Below are positions 22,601-31,080 of a DNA stretch of 64,000 nucleotides, piece by piece. Position 1 is the stretch's first letter, and each line of letters opens with the position of its first letter. Source of the DNA: a virus. Its lineage: Duplodnaviria; Heunggongvirae; Uroviricota; Caudoviricetes. The notes under the pieces are model-generated. The model ran no database searches and had not been told where the DNA came from. It was given only the letters and a program-made list of their open reading frames with translations. The DNA lies in IMG/VR virus record IMGVR_UViG_3300014204_000107, positions 171,468-235,467 of that record; one strand, given 5' to 3'. The position numbers were made by a program, and so were the translations under genes.

Positions 22601-25600
22601 AGTCCCGGATTTAATAGTTCCGGCTCGCAAAATATTATTATTGGATTGGCTGCAGGATATAATAACAAAAGTAGTTATAATAATATTATAGGAGCATATG
22701 CTGGATATAACAATCTTCCATTAATTAATACTAATAATCAAGGGCACACTAATATATTTGGATATTACGCAGGTGAGAATAATATTGGGTCATATAGCAA
22801 TATAATTGGATATTATGCCGGCAGGTATAATAGTGGATCAGTTAATAATTTATTTGGAAATGCAGCAGGATATCTAAGCACTGGGTCATATGATGATATT
22901 ATTGGATATAATGCCGGATATAATAATGTTGGCAGTTATAATTTTATACAAGGATATGATGCAGGTCATAATAATATAGGTGATTATAATATTATTAATG
23001 GATACGCAGCAGGGTATGATGCTATAGGAAATCATAATATTATGATTGGGTGGGACTCGGGATATAAGAATTCTGGTTCATATAATTTAATTATTGGATA
23101 TGGTGCTGGGCTTGATATGAAAACCGGCAGTCGCAATATTATATTGGGATATATAGCAGGGCCATCTTCATCATTAATTAATATAAGTGATCAATTATTT
23201 ATTGATAATGTGAAGTCAGATTTTCCTTTAATATGGGCTAGCTTTAATAACCGAATATTAGATTTTAGTGCTTCCGCAGTAGGTATAGAAACAGGAAAAA
23301 ATCCAATATATAAATTAGATGTAAATGGTGATATTAGAATTCGTGAAAAGATAAATAATCAATCTTATAAATTATATTTTGGAAATACTGCAGCAATAAC
23401 GCCAGGTACAGATGCAGTAATATATAAATCAGCAAGCGGATTATTATATACAGATGACCAATTTGGAATAGGCATTATAAATGAGTCATCAACCGCAACT
23501 AAATTTTTAGTCGCAGATACTGCAGGAGTTATATATTATACTTCTTCTGTTGGTGGAGGAACATCAATATCAAGTTCTTATGCATCAAGCAGTACCAGTG
23601 CATCTTATGCATTGACAAGTTCATATAGTCTAAGCAGTTCATATGGCTTATCAGCAAGTTATGCATTAAGTAGTTCATATACTCTTTCAAGTAGTTATGG
23701 TTTAAGTTCAAGCTATAGTTTAAGCAGTTCATATAATTTATCGTCAAGTTATGCTTTAACTGCATCATATGGTTTAAGTTCAAGCTATTCAATATCATCT
23801 TCAAATGTATCACCAACTATTGATTTTCTAACTCTAACTGCATCATGGGCAAGCCAAAGTGTATCAAGTTCGTATACATTAACGTCATCTTATAGTTTAA
23901 GTAGTTCTTATGGATTATCAAGTTCATATACTTTAAGTTCTTCATATTCGTTGTCAAGCAGTTATAGTTTAACAAGTTCATATGCATTATCGGCAAGTTG
24001 GGCAGCCAATTTAGCATTAGAAGATAATGTGGCACCAAATCAAACGGGAACAGGTATAGTATCACATTATATTGCTGGAGAAAATATAGCAATTAGTAAT
24101 GTTTGCTATTTAAAGGATGACGGTAAATTTTATTTAACAAACGCACACACTGAAAGCGTAAGTAAAGGAATGCTTGCATTATCATTAGAAACATTATCTA
24201 CAGATCAAACGGGGAAATTTTTAGATTATGGTTATTATAGAGATGATGCATGGAATTGGGCGGTTGATGGTATATTGTATTTAGGATCGGCATCTTGGGG
24301 AAGTATGGTACAATCAGTTGATACTGGCAGTGGATGCATATTGAGAAAAGTCGGATACGCATATAGTGCTGATATAATATTATTTGAGCCAGAAAATGAT
24401 TATTTTGAATTTGGGGAATCGGTTTATACTGGCAATCCTCTTACATTAATATCAGCAAGCTATGCATTATCAGCAAGCTGGGCGCCGGGAAGCGATTCCG
24501 TATCCGCATCATATAGTATAACTTCATCATATTCATTGAGTAGTTCATATTTGCAATCTGCAAGCTATTCATTAAGTGGTTCATATAATTTATCAAGTTC
24601 TTATGCATTAAGCAGTAGTTTCGCAAATAATTCTATTTCTTCTTCATATTCCGTATCAAGCTCATATTCATTATCAGCAAGCTGGGCACCGCAGCCAGAA
24701 ATATCAGATTCGGCATCGTATGCCACTACAGCATCATATTCTTTAAGTGGAAGTTATACATTAAGTGGTTCCTATGCACAGTCTTCAAGTTATAGTTTAA
24801 CAAGTTCATTTAGTTTAAGTGGTAGTTATGGAATTTCATCAAGTTATGCATTAAGTGCATCATATACACCAAATAGTGATACCACAACGTCCGCCAGCTA
24901 CGCAAATAGTAGCTCATATGCATTGTCAGCAAGCCATACAGATAATTCAATTTCCTCTTCCTACACATTAACAGCAAGTTATGGGTTATCAAGTAGTTAT
25001 GGGTTAAGTTCTTCATATACAGTATCCTCAAGTTATGCAAATGGATCAACATCTTCTTCATATTCGTTAACAGCAAGCTATGGTTTAAGTTCATCTTACG
25101 CACAGTCAGCAAGTTATGGATTATCAAGTAGTTATAATTTAAGCAGCTCATATGGATTAAGTAGCAGTTATGCTTTGTCAGCAAGTTGGGTTTCTATACA
25201 AGATTCAGCATCTTACGCCACAACTGCATCATATAGTTTAACAAGTTCCTATGGGTTATCAAGCAGTTTTGCGTTATCGTCATCTTATGGTTTAAGTTCT
25301 TCTTACGCATTAGATAGTACGTCCGCCAGCTATGCATTATCTTCAAGTTGGGCATACCAAAGCTCACAAAGCATGGATACGTTCAATGATGTAACAACTC
25401 GAGGCAATATTACTTCAAATAATATTACAGTCAATCAGATAACAGCAAGCAACGTATATATATCTGGTAGAATAACTGCGTATGAATTATTTGTTCAATA
25501 TGAAACTGCGTCAACAATATATTCTACCGGAAGCAATACATTTGGTAGTTTGATGTCAAATAATCATAAATTTACTGGTAGTGTTTATATTACTGGTAGT

Positions 25601-27406
25601 TTATATGTAGCAGGTGGCGATATTAATATTGACGATGATAAATTATTAATTGGTACTGCAAGTTGGGCGCAGAACACTATATCAGCCAGTTATTCACATA
25701 CAAGTAGCTATAGTTTATCGGCATCATATTCTATAACAAGTTCTTATGGCTTGAGTAGTAGCTATTCTTTGACATCATCTTATGCAGCAAGCTCTACATC
25801 AGCGAGCTATACCATTAGTTCGAGCTACGGGGTGAGCAGTTCATATAGCATTAGTTCGAGTTATGCACCAAGTAGCGGGGCTACCATATCTTCGAGCTAT
25901 GCAGTATCATCAAGTTATAGTTTGTCTTCTTCCTATGGGTTGAGCTCAAGTTATGCAATAACGGCTTCATATGCAGTATCAACAAGCTATGGCCTAACAT
26001 CAAGTTATGCAAGTCAAACACTTAGCGCAAGTTATTCTACGTCTGCATCTTATAATTTAAGCAGCAGTTATGGTGTATCATCAAGTTATGCGTTAACATC
26101 GTCTTATGGCGTAATTGCTCTAAGCAGTTCATACTCCCTATCAGGCAGCTATGCGTTATCAGCATCCTATTCACCCGTCGGGACAGTAACTTCTTCCAGC
26201 TATGCTATAACAAGTTCATATGCCTTTAGTAGTAGTTATAGTTTATCAGCCAGTTATGCATTATCAAGCTCATATGGCTTAAGTAGTAGCTATGCAGGAA
26301 ATAGTAATAGTGCAAGTTATTCTATATCGACATCATATTCTTTAACATCAAGTTATTCAAATAATAGTGTATCATCGAGTTATGGATTATCAAGCAGTTA
26401 TGCATTAAGTAGTTCTTATAGTTTATCAAGCTCATATGCAAAGTCAGCCAGTTATTCTTTAAGTAGTAGCTATAGTTTGACAGCAAGCTATGCAAATATT
26501 AGTATAAGTTCTTCCTATGCAATGTCATCCAGCTACAATTTAAGTAGCTCATATGCATTGAGCTCAAGTTATGGATTATCTTCAAGCTATTCTTTAACTG
26601 CCAGTTATGCTAATAGTAGCACAAGCGCGTCATACACAGTAAGTGCTAGCTACGGTCTTTCAAGTAGTTATACTTTATCAGCCAGTTATGCTTTAACTTC
26701 TTCATATGGTTTAAGCAGTTCTTATACAGTTAGTGCAAGTTATGGATTATCTTCAAGCTATTCTCCAAGCAGTTCATATTCAAATACAAGCATTTCTGCA
26801 AGCTATGCATTGACTGCAAGCTATGCATTGACTGCAAGCTATTCAGTAAGTAGTTCTTATGGAATTAGTTCAAGCTATACTATGACTGCATCTTATGCAA
26901 CTAATTCAACATCAGCAAGCTGTGCATTGACAAGTTCTTATGCATTATCAAGCAGTTACGGAATAAGTGCTTCATATGGATTAAGCAGCTCTTATTCAAA
27001 GAGTTCATCTTATACATTGTCATCAAGTTATTCAATTACGAGTAGTTATAATTTGAGCAGTTCTTATGGTATATCATCATCATACAGTTTGAGTAGCTCA
27101 TATAGTTTGACATCAAGTTTTGCATCTACTGGTTTAAGTTCTTCCTATTCAGTATCAGCAAGTTATGCACCAAGTAGTCCATCAATTAGTGCTTCATATG
27201 CTACAACTTCATCATATACATTGAGTAGTTCTTATAATTTAAGTAGTTCATATTCTGTTTCAGCATCATATGCACCTGGATCGCCGAGTATTAGTTCCTC
27301 ATATACTACTACTGCATCTTATGCATTATCAGCATCATACGCCCCTGGGGGGGCCCCTGCAAACGGTGATGACTATTACATTCTTTTAAATAGGGTTTTT
27401 AACTAA
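16628..27406 (+). CDS. Giant Ser/Tyr hexapeptide-repeat fibre protein (~3,590 aa)
   Basis: ATG 16628 follows the terminator and a promoter-like motif; ~2,000 aa of [ST][SA]SY[ASG][LI] repeats interrupted by fibre-like domains and a NxxIGYxAG repeat region. Confidence 0.75.
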   Translation: MTQEIRKKSVDRYLREIPVLLNDTDALSQNYLIFSDIPTLLTAGKNLIRFSNNDYSLYVDTINAEVIDAAGNPVYCELKYSIDSAENNGLIIYIYSDAASGVAELTIVFSAKYDFISNPGYKIDIPQVWKQKINTKWQFQIVIDADKPNNSDILFETEPNIDAVELYVPYRRNRYEFISGSYPGAASPNDNKYIYYKTSPSTDYISSNYYDYTSKNSEFFTPNFIQYDVNSLVTRNAAKINIDVPTVKDSNNISSPNIVGYNDKYTNVLSLAGYHIPDKIPVAPDPTEFCFQSYHKGGILKIYPTGAIPQIPTGYSFVTNDDYIYTAAITDVINKSTITVNGLYQRKVRTQKGNEIIWTFTSIENSNFEVTSSRLDYYNTSSLVPNISDEYLYVAISDLKPISGEITKVKLYDNAKSGYADYSLIGEYDVLSRELLVDYKRFYADFPVGKFITSSVVTEYWSASKYDTTMTPTAERGDRYKMDAIFIHGPAFLPSYGIEDVSYYQQLSTGKWILQPIVSGSTADPFNIYFSENTYYALTFGASAVAIASAPKPKLDIYFSGSAFTPTSNGQYPYDGKLIGSINSSTTTLDYNSITYYFMPDRSGFGNLKFIIGGGMFFLNNISVKSVHELGFTPISTYFTMLVRNPVTSSYHNFKFEFLNSSGKTAEQVVELKNVILMSHSLVFQGSVASDSASYALTSSYALSASWAPISGIAESASYATTASYVLSSSYGLSSSYSLSASYASSSTSASYSLTSSYGLSSSYAQTSSYSLTSSYSLSSSYGISSTSASYSISSSYSLSSSYARSSSYSLSSSYAQSASNVSPIINFLTLTASWAVWAVNSLTASCVSASVVVLSSSYASSSTSASYALTASYSLSSSYGLSSSYAFTSSYSLSSSYANSASYSLSSSYNLSSSYSLSASWIAVQASASYSTTASYALSSSYNLSSSYALSSSYGISSSYGLSSSYTLTASYASSSTSASYAITSSYSLSSSYSDSSSYTLSSSYGLSSSYTLSSSYASSSTFADTSSISISSSYSLSSSYANLSLTASYSVTSSYAVSASYGLSSSYSLSSSYNLSSSYAKSASYSLSSSYNLSSSYALTASWAPDSGVAISASYASSSTSASYAISSSYGLSASYAITSSYSLSSSYGVSSSYAQTSSYSLSSSYALSSSYSLSSSYGLSSSYSLTSSYTLNSTSASYALTSSYGLSSSYTISSSYALSASYGQSAGYAISSSYASSSTSASYGISSSYNLSSSYTLSSSYGISSSYGLSASYSLTSSYALATLSSSYAESASYSLTASYASNSISASYALSSSYSLTASYAGTSLSASYALTSLSASYALTSSYSLSSSYGLSSSYSLSSSYGLSSSYGLSSSYADSASYSLTSSYSLSSSYGISASYAQSSSYNLSSSYTLSSSYTLSSSCAESASYTLTSSYGMSASYGLSASYSLSSSYTLSSSYGISSSYGLSSSYALSASWVSIQDSASYATTASYSLSSSYTLTASYADSASYSLSSSYALSSSYSLSSSYGLSSSYALSSSYGLSSSYALSSSYALDSTSASYALSSSWAYQSSQSMDTFNDVTTRGNTTSNNITVNQITASNAYISGRITAYELFVQYETASTIYSTGSNTFGSLLTNTHTFTGSVYITGSLYVAGSDITIDADRLLIGTASWAQNTISSSYALSSSYTLTSSYTISSSYGSSSSYALSSSYNLSSSYTLSASYGLSSSYSISASYAVTSSYGLSSSYANSASYSLTSSYSNSSISASYALTASWIDIQSSASYATTSSYSLSSSYSLSSSYGLSSSYSLSSSYAESASYSLSSSYSNSSSYGLSSSYALSSSYNLSSSYSITASWARNIYNTDDVFIANRTATMNDKWLKFNGSSTYLIVTNSGYVGIGVNNPNNLLQVKDLINFDSDNWNTYIGHYASGSGLNNSVLGYSAGRYSTGDSHVFIGFNAGMYANEVYNTLIGYQAGYKNSGSYNIAIGDSPGFNSSGSQNIIIGLAAGYNNKSSYNNIIGAYAGYNNLPLINTNNQGHTNIFGYYAGENNIGSYSNIIGYYAGRYNSGSVNNLFGNAAGYLSTGSYDDIIGYNAGYNNVGSYNFIQGYDAGHNNIGDYNIINGYAAGYDAIGNHNIMIGWDSGYKNSGSYNLIIGYGAGLDMKTGSRNIILGYIAGPSSSLINISDQLFIDNVKSDFPLIWASFNNRILDFSASAVGIETGKNPIYKLDVNGDIRIREKINNQSYKLYFGNTAAITPGTDAVIYKSASGLLYTDDQFGIGIINESSTATKFLVADTAGVIYYTSSVGGGTSISSSYASSSTSASYALTSSYSLSSSYGLSASYALSSSYTLSSSYGLSSSYSLSSSYNLSSSYALTASYGLSSSYSISSSNVSPTIDFLTLTASWASQSVSSSYTLTSSYSLSSSYGLSSSYTLSSSYSLSSSYSLTSSYALSASWAANLALEDNVAPNQTGTGIVSHYIAGENIAISNVCYLKDDGKFYLTNAHTESVSKGMLALSLETLSTDQTGKFLDYGYYRDDAWNWAVDGILYLGSASWGSMVQSVDTGSGCILRKVGYAYSADIILFEPENDYFEFGESVYTGNPLTLISASYALSASWAPGSDSVSASYSITSSYSLSSSYLQSASYSLSGSYNLSSSYALSSSFANNSISSSYSVSSSYSLSASWAPQPEISDSASYATTASYSLSGSYTLSGSYAQSSSYSLTSSFSLSGSYGISSSYALSASYTPNSDTTTSASYANSSSYALSASHTDNSISSSYTLTASYGLSSSYGLSSSYTVSSSYANGSTSSSYSLTASYGLSSSYAQSASYGLSSSYNLSSSYGLSSSYALSASWVSIQDSASYATTASYSLTSSYGLSSSFALSSSYGLSSSYALDSTSASYALSSSWAYQSSQSMDTFNDVTTRGNITSNNITVNQITASNVYISGRITAYELFVQYETASTIYSTGSNTFGSLMSNNHKFTGSVYITGSLYVAGGDINIDDDKLLIGTASWAQNTISASYSHTSSYSLSASYSITSSYGLSSSYSLTSSYAASSTSASYTISSSYGVSSSYSISSSYAPSSGATISSSYAVSSSYSLSSSYGLSSSYAITASYAVSTSYGLTSSYASQTLSASYSTSASYNLSSSYGVSSSYALTSSYGVIALSSSYSLSGSYALSASYSPVGTVTSSSYAITSSYAFSSSYSLSASYALSSSYGLSSSYAGNSNSASYSISTSYSLTSSYSNNSVSSSYGLSSSYALSSSYSLSSSYAKSASYSLSSSYSLTASYANISISSSYAMSSSYNLSSSYALSSSYGLSSSYSLTASYANSSTSASYTVSASYGLSSSYTLSASYALTSSYGLSSSYTVSASYGLSSSYSPSSSYSNTSISASYALTASYALTASYSVSSSYGISSSYTMTASYATNSTSASCALTSSYALSSSYGISASYGLSSSYSKSSSYTLSSSYSITSSYNLSSSYGISSSYSLSSSYSLTSSFASTGLSSSYSVSASYAPSSPSISASYATTSSYTLSSSYNLSSSYSVSASYAPGSPSISSSYTTTASYALSASYAPGGAPANGDDYYILLNRVFN
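21041..21670 (+). repeat. Internal duplication, copy 1
   Basis: Near-identical to ~25163-25680 (SASWVSIQDSASY... and SQSMDTFNDVTTRGN...LLIGTASWAQNT). Confidence 0.85.
25163..25680 (+). repeat. Internal duplication, copy 2
   Basis: First ~78 nt identical to 21041-21118; downstream domain near-identical to 21300-21670. Confidence 0.85.
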
Positions 27407-27418
27407 AAAATAAAAAAT

Positions 27419-27784
27419 ATGGCAACATTCACAAAAGTAAAATTAAGTGGCTCAACAGACGGCAAAGGCATTAAAGTTGTAAACACTTCAGCAGGGGCAG
27501 CAGACACTATACATACAGGTAGCTCCACTGCAACAACATATGATGAAATTTATCTTTATGCAGTAAATATGCATACTGCAGATGTAGATTTAACTATTTT
27601 ATGGGGGGCGGCGGGAAATCCAGATGATTATATACAACTGACAATTCCATATAAATCTGGATTATATCTTATAGTACCTGGGTTGCTTATTAAAGGTAAT
27701 GCAACTCCTTTGGTCGTAAAAGCATTTGCAGCAACTGCAAATGTGGTAATGATACATGGTTGGATTAATCAAATAGCAGCATAA
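27419..27784 (+). CDS. Small fibre-associated structural protein
   Basis: 121 aa, beta-rich, directly after the giant fibre gene. Confidence 0.55.
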   Translation: MATFTKVKLSGSTDGKGIKVVNTSAGAADTIHTGSSTATTYDEIYLYAVNMHTADVDLTILWGAAGNPDDYIQLTIPYKSGLYLIVPGLLIKGNATPLVVKAFAATANVVMIHGWINQIAA

Positions 27785-27786
27785 TT

Positions 27787-28572
27787 ATGTATTATAATAG
27801 TGCAAGATATGACACATATGGTATACCTCCTACTTATTTATTAAATAGTAAGGATTATCGCAGATTAGATCATAATTTTGGTGTAACTTTTACATCTTCA
27901 AGCAAAAATTATATTAACTTTGGTGATTTAACACGATTAAAAGTACAGCCACCAGTTACCATAATGTTCTGGCTTAAATGCTCAACTCCAAATATTCCTC
28001 ATCAACCAATATTTGCGTCAGGAAACCAAGCAAAATATACAGGATATTTATTATGTTTACAATCAACTAATAATTTTTATGCACAGATGGGTAATAATAT
28101 AGGTGCTGGATCCACTGCTAGAAGAAGTCGGTGGGCGATTGCTATGACAGCAAATGATAATACTTGGCACCATTATACATCATATTTTAGCGCATCTAAT
28201 GCATACCCTAATATATATGTTGATGGTGTGCTAAATAATGGTTCTGGTAGTGGTACATCGACTACTACGGTATTTACGACTGCAAATACTACAATCGGAG
28301 TAGATACAGTGACATATTATTCAAATGTTACAATGTCAAATTTTATGTTTTTTAATAGGGCATTAACAGTTAATGAAATAAGGCATTATATGTATAACGA
28401 GCCAAGCAACACAGAAAAAAGTCTTTTGGCTTATTTTCCAATGAATGAGGGGTGCAATACAAAAATAAGGGATTATTCTCTCAAAATACAAGGTACATTT
28501 ACTGGTAGCGCAGGACTTGCATTACCAAAATGGAGCATGGGTTGCCCCAAAATAAGAGTTAGTCCGAAATAA
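27787..28572 (+). CDS. LamG/concanavalin A-like lectin-domain protein
   Basis: TIMFWLK, DNTWHH, IYVDG, FFNRALTVNEI, LAYFPMNEG motifs. Confidence 0.8.
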   Translation: MYYNSARYDTYGIPPTYLLNSKDYRRLDHNFGVTFTSSSKNYINFGDLTRLKVQPPVTIMFWLKCSTPNIPHQPIFASGNQAKYTGYLLCLQSTNNFYAQMGNNIGAGSTARRSRWAIAMTANDNTWHHYTSYFSASNAYPNIYVDGVLNNGSGSGTSTTTVFTTANTTIGVDTVTYYSNVTMSNFMFFNRALTVNEIRHYMYNEPSNTEKSLLAYFPMNEGCNTKIRDYSLKIQGTFTGSAGLALPKWSMGCPKIRVSPK

Positions 28573-28581
28573 AGGAATAAA

Positions 28582-29445
28582 ATGGAATTAACCAAAATAA
28601 ATGGTCAGGAAATAGCTGCAAAAACGGCTGGGTATGCAATTACAGCATCATATGTAGCTAATGCAAACAGTATATCTTCGAGTTATGCGTTAACCTCTTC
28701 TTATGCATTAAGCAGCAGTTATGCATTATCAAGTAGCTTTGCAAATAATACTATAAGTTCGTCCTATTCAGTAAGCAGTAGCTATGGTTTGAGCAGCTCA
28801 TATGCATTAATTGCATCATATGGTATCAGTAGTAGCTATGCGTTATCAGCAAGCTGGGCTCCTGGTAGTGGAACCTCTACATCAGCATCCTATGCATTAA
28901 CCTCTTCTTATGCATTGAGTGGTAGCTATTCTTTATCAAGTTCATATGCAAGATCGGCAAGCTATTCTTTATCAAGTTCATATGCAAGATCGGCAAGCTA
29001 TTCTTTATCAAGTAGCTTTGCAAATAATACTATAAGTTCGTCCTATTCAGTTACGGCATCAAATGTATCACCGAGTATAGATTTTTTTACATTGACTGCT
29101 TCGTGGGCAGACCAAAGTGTATCGGCATCATATGCCCTATCTGCAAGCTGGGCTCCGGGTGGTGGGGTTTCTGCGGTCGGCGCAAATTATCAAATACAAT
29201 ATTATAATAATGGCGTACTTGATGCAAATGCAGCATTTGATGTAGATCCATCCCAATCTAGATTACGGTTAGGATTTTCGGCCAGCGCGGCAGGTAAATT
29301 TAATATATCAGCATCCGCTGGTGAGTTGCTTGATATGACAAATCAAATAGAAGGTGATATAAGCAGATTACGTGATAATCAATATTTATCAGATGGTTAT
29401 TATATGTATAATGGATATAATTGGGTTGCAGTGTTCACATATTGA
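28582..29445 (+). CDS. Short SSSY-repeat fibre protein
   Basis: Same hexad repeat and NVSPxIDFxTLTASWA motif as the giant fibre; GANYQIQYYNNG fibre motif. Confidence 0.7.
   Translation: MELTKINGQEIAAKTAGYAITASYVANANSISSSYALTSSYALSSSYALSSSFANNTISSSYSVSSSYGLSSSYALIASYGISSSYALSASWAPGSGTSTSASYALTSSYALSGSYSLSSSYARSASYSLSSSYARSASYSLSSSFANNTISSSYSVTASNVSPSIDFFTLTASWADQSVSASYALSASWAPGGGVSAVGANYQIQYYNNGVLDANAAFDVDPSQSRLRLGFSASAAGKFNISASAGELLDMTNQIEGDISRLRDNQYLSDGYYMYNGYNWVAVFTY
28924..29013 (+). repeat. 36-nt perfect tandem repeat (2.5 copies)
   Basis: agctattctttatcaagttcatatgcaagatcggca repeated. Confidence 0.85.
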
Positions 29446-29457
29446 ATTTAAGAAATA

Positions 29458-31077
29458 ATGTCAAAATTTGTTACAGACATACTCCCGTTAGATAGAAATA
29501 CAAATACTCAATTTGGTAGATTATATGAGTATGATAATTCATATTCAAATAATACGTGGGTAGATAAAAGTCATATATTACCATTACACCATTGGCATTT
29601 TAGTAATCCAATATTTAGTAGTAGCAATAGTTTTGTAATTGGTGACGGGGGGTATATACCAAGTTTTATGTATAATGTATCCGGCAAAGCAGCTAGAATA
29701 GTTCCAGCGGTAATAGGGAGTGGTATATTAGTTGATGCTAATAATTCTGATTATTATCAGACCGATGGCACATGCACAGAACCATGGCCATATATATATG
29801 AGGACGAACGCATAAATTTTAATGGATTTACTTTATCCATGTGGTATAAATTGGATCGCCGCGAAAATGAAAATTATCCAATCATAACGAGGGATATTGA
29901 TAGTCCACCAGTAAAAATTGGTGTGTGGTTCAATAATTCATCGTTTTATGTTAGATCGACAGGAAGATTATATACGTTACCCGAAGAGAATATTAATTTA
30001 AACATAGACGGTGATACTGACTGGCATCATATTGCAGTTGGGTATGATGTAAGGAATAATTATGATTTAAAATTGATTCAAGAATTTGCTTTTTTATATT
30101 ATGACGGTATCAAATATTCATCATCCATATATGAGATGAAGGCATCTACATTTAATCCTACATCGTCTAATGCTAATCCGTGGGTGATTGGATACGATGG
30201 TGGTGTTAATCTTACTGCATACATAGAAGATGCTAGATTATATACGCATACATTAACTGATCAGGAGATAGGATCAATATATAATAATGGGTGTGGCACA
30301 TATGGGGAATCCTGGTATTCTGGTTATTCAAATAAATTATTGCCAAGATTTTGGTTTAAGTCAAAAGAATATATAAACGGGTACACTAATATAACCGGCG
30401 TTGCAAATGTAGTTAGTAGGCCGGCATTATATAATGGAAGTACAAAATACGCTCAATTTTTAAATACTGATGTTTTATTGGGGTTCGATGGTTATATAAA
30501 TACTTATGACATATTGCATATTAGTAAGTCATATGATTTTAATACTAATTATACCACATCGCGAATATATTCAGACCCGGATAATGTAATACATTTATCA
30601 AATAATCAGAATTGGTCTGTGTGCTATTGGTGCAATACTATTACCAGGGAATATCAGGATATAGAAATAATTAGTTATATTTATGCTGGCGATGCGTTTC
30701 CTTTACAAACCGAAGGTTCATTTTTGATTTGGTCATCATTAGATCTTGCTAATTTTTATTTTAGTTATTATGATGGTGCAATGCAAATCGATGAAGAATG
30801 CGATGCTACATTAAATAATTGGAATCATTTTGCATTTATATCGAAACGGGATGCTAATTCTCATACAGACAATATTTCATTTTATTTCAATGGGGTGCGC
30901 CGCACTTCTTTTGAGGCAACTGTTCCATTATCAAAAAATGATTTTAATATAACTATCGGCTCACATAAAGGAGCTGGGGCGCCGTATTACATGGAAGATA
31001 TTAGATTTTATGATTATTCATTGCAATGCCAAGATATTAAAGATATATATAATAATGGTTGTGGTTTAATTTGGTAG
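29458..31077 (+). CDS. Tandem LamG-domain virion protein
   Basis: Two LamG-like units (FTLSMWY..WHHI..EDARLY; WSVCYW..WNHF..EDIRFY), each ending IYNNGCG. Confidence 0.75.
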   Translation: MSKFVTDILPLDRNTNTQFGRLYEYDNSYSNNTWVDKSHILPLHHWHFSNPIFSSSNSFVIGDGGYIPSFMYNVSGKAARIVPAVIGSGILVDANNSDYYQTDGTCTEPWPYIYEDERINFNGFTLSMWYKLDRRENENYPIITRDIDSPPVKIGVWFNNSSFYVRSTGRLYTLPEENINLNIDGDTDWHHIAVGYDVRNNYDLKLIQEFAFLYYDGIKYSSSIYEMKASTFNPTSSNANPWVIGYDGGVNLTAYIEDARLYTHTLTDQEIGSIYNNGCGTYGESWYSGYSNKLLPRFWFKSKEYINGYTNITGVANVVSRPALYNGSTKYAQFLNTDVLLGFDGYINTYDILHISKSYDFNTNYTTSRIYSDPDNVIHLSNNQNWSVCYWCNTITREYQDIEIISYIYAGDAFPLQTEGSFLIWSSLDLANFYFSYYDGAMQIDEECDATLNNWNHFAFISKRDANSHTDNISFYFNGVRRTSFEATVPLSKNDFNITIGSHKGAGAPYYMEDIRFYDYSLQCQDIKDIYNNGCGLIW

Positions 31078-31080
31078 TAT

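Larger units (their letters stand above)
18690..27350 (+). repeat. Degenerate 18-nt coding repeat (SSSYAL-type hexads) in five blocks
   Basis: Blocks at about 18690-21350, 21650-22200, 23560-24010, 24450-25370 and 25660-27350. Confidence 0.9.

Noticed and set aside
19290-25184. Minus-strand Met/Asn/Leu-rich ORFs
   Set aside because: Antisense shadows of the SSSY repeats; other minus-strand ORFs in the window likewise overlap well-supported + genes
18690-27350. Ice-nucleation protein or accessory-Sec serine-rich adhesin
   Set aside because: Lacks the AGYGSTxT 16-mer, a signal peptide and an LPxTG anchor; the context is virion genes
18690-29200. CRISPR array or DGR template/variable repeat pair
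   Set aside because: The repeats are in-frame coding units without spacers; differences between duplicated copies are not adenine-specific and no reverse transcriptase is present
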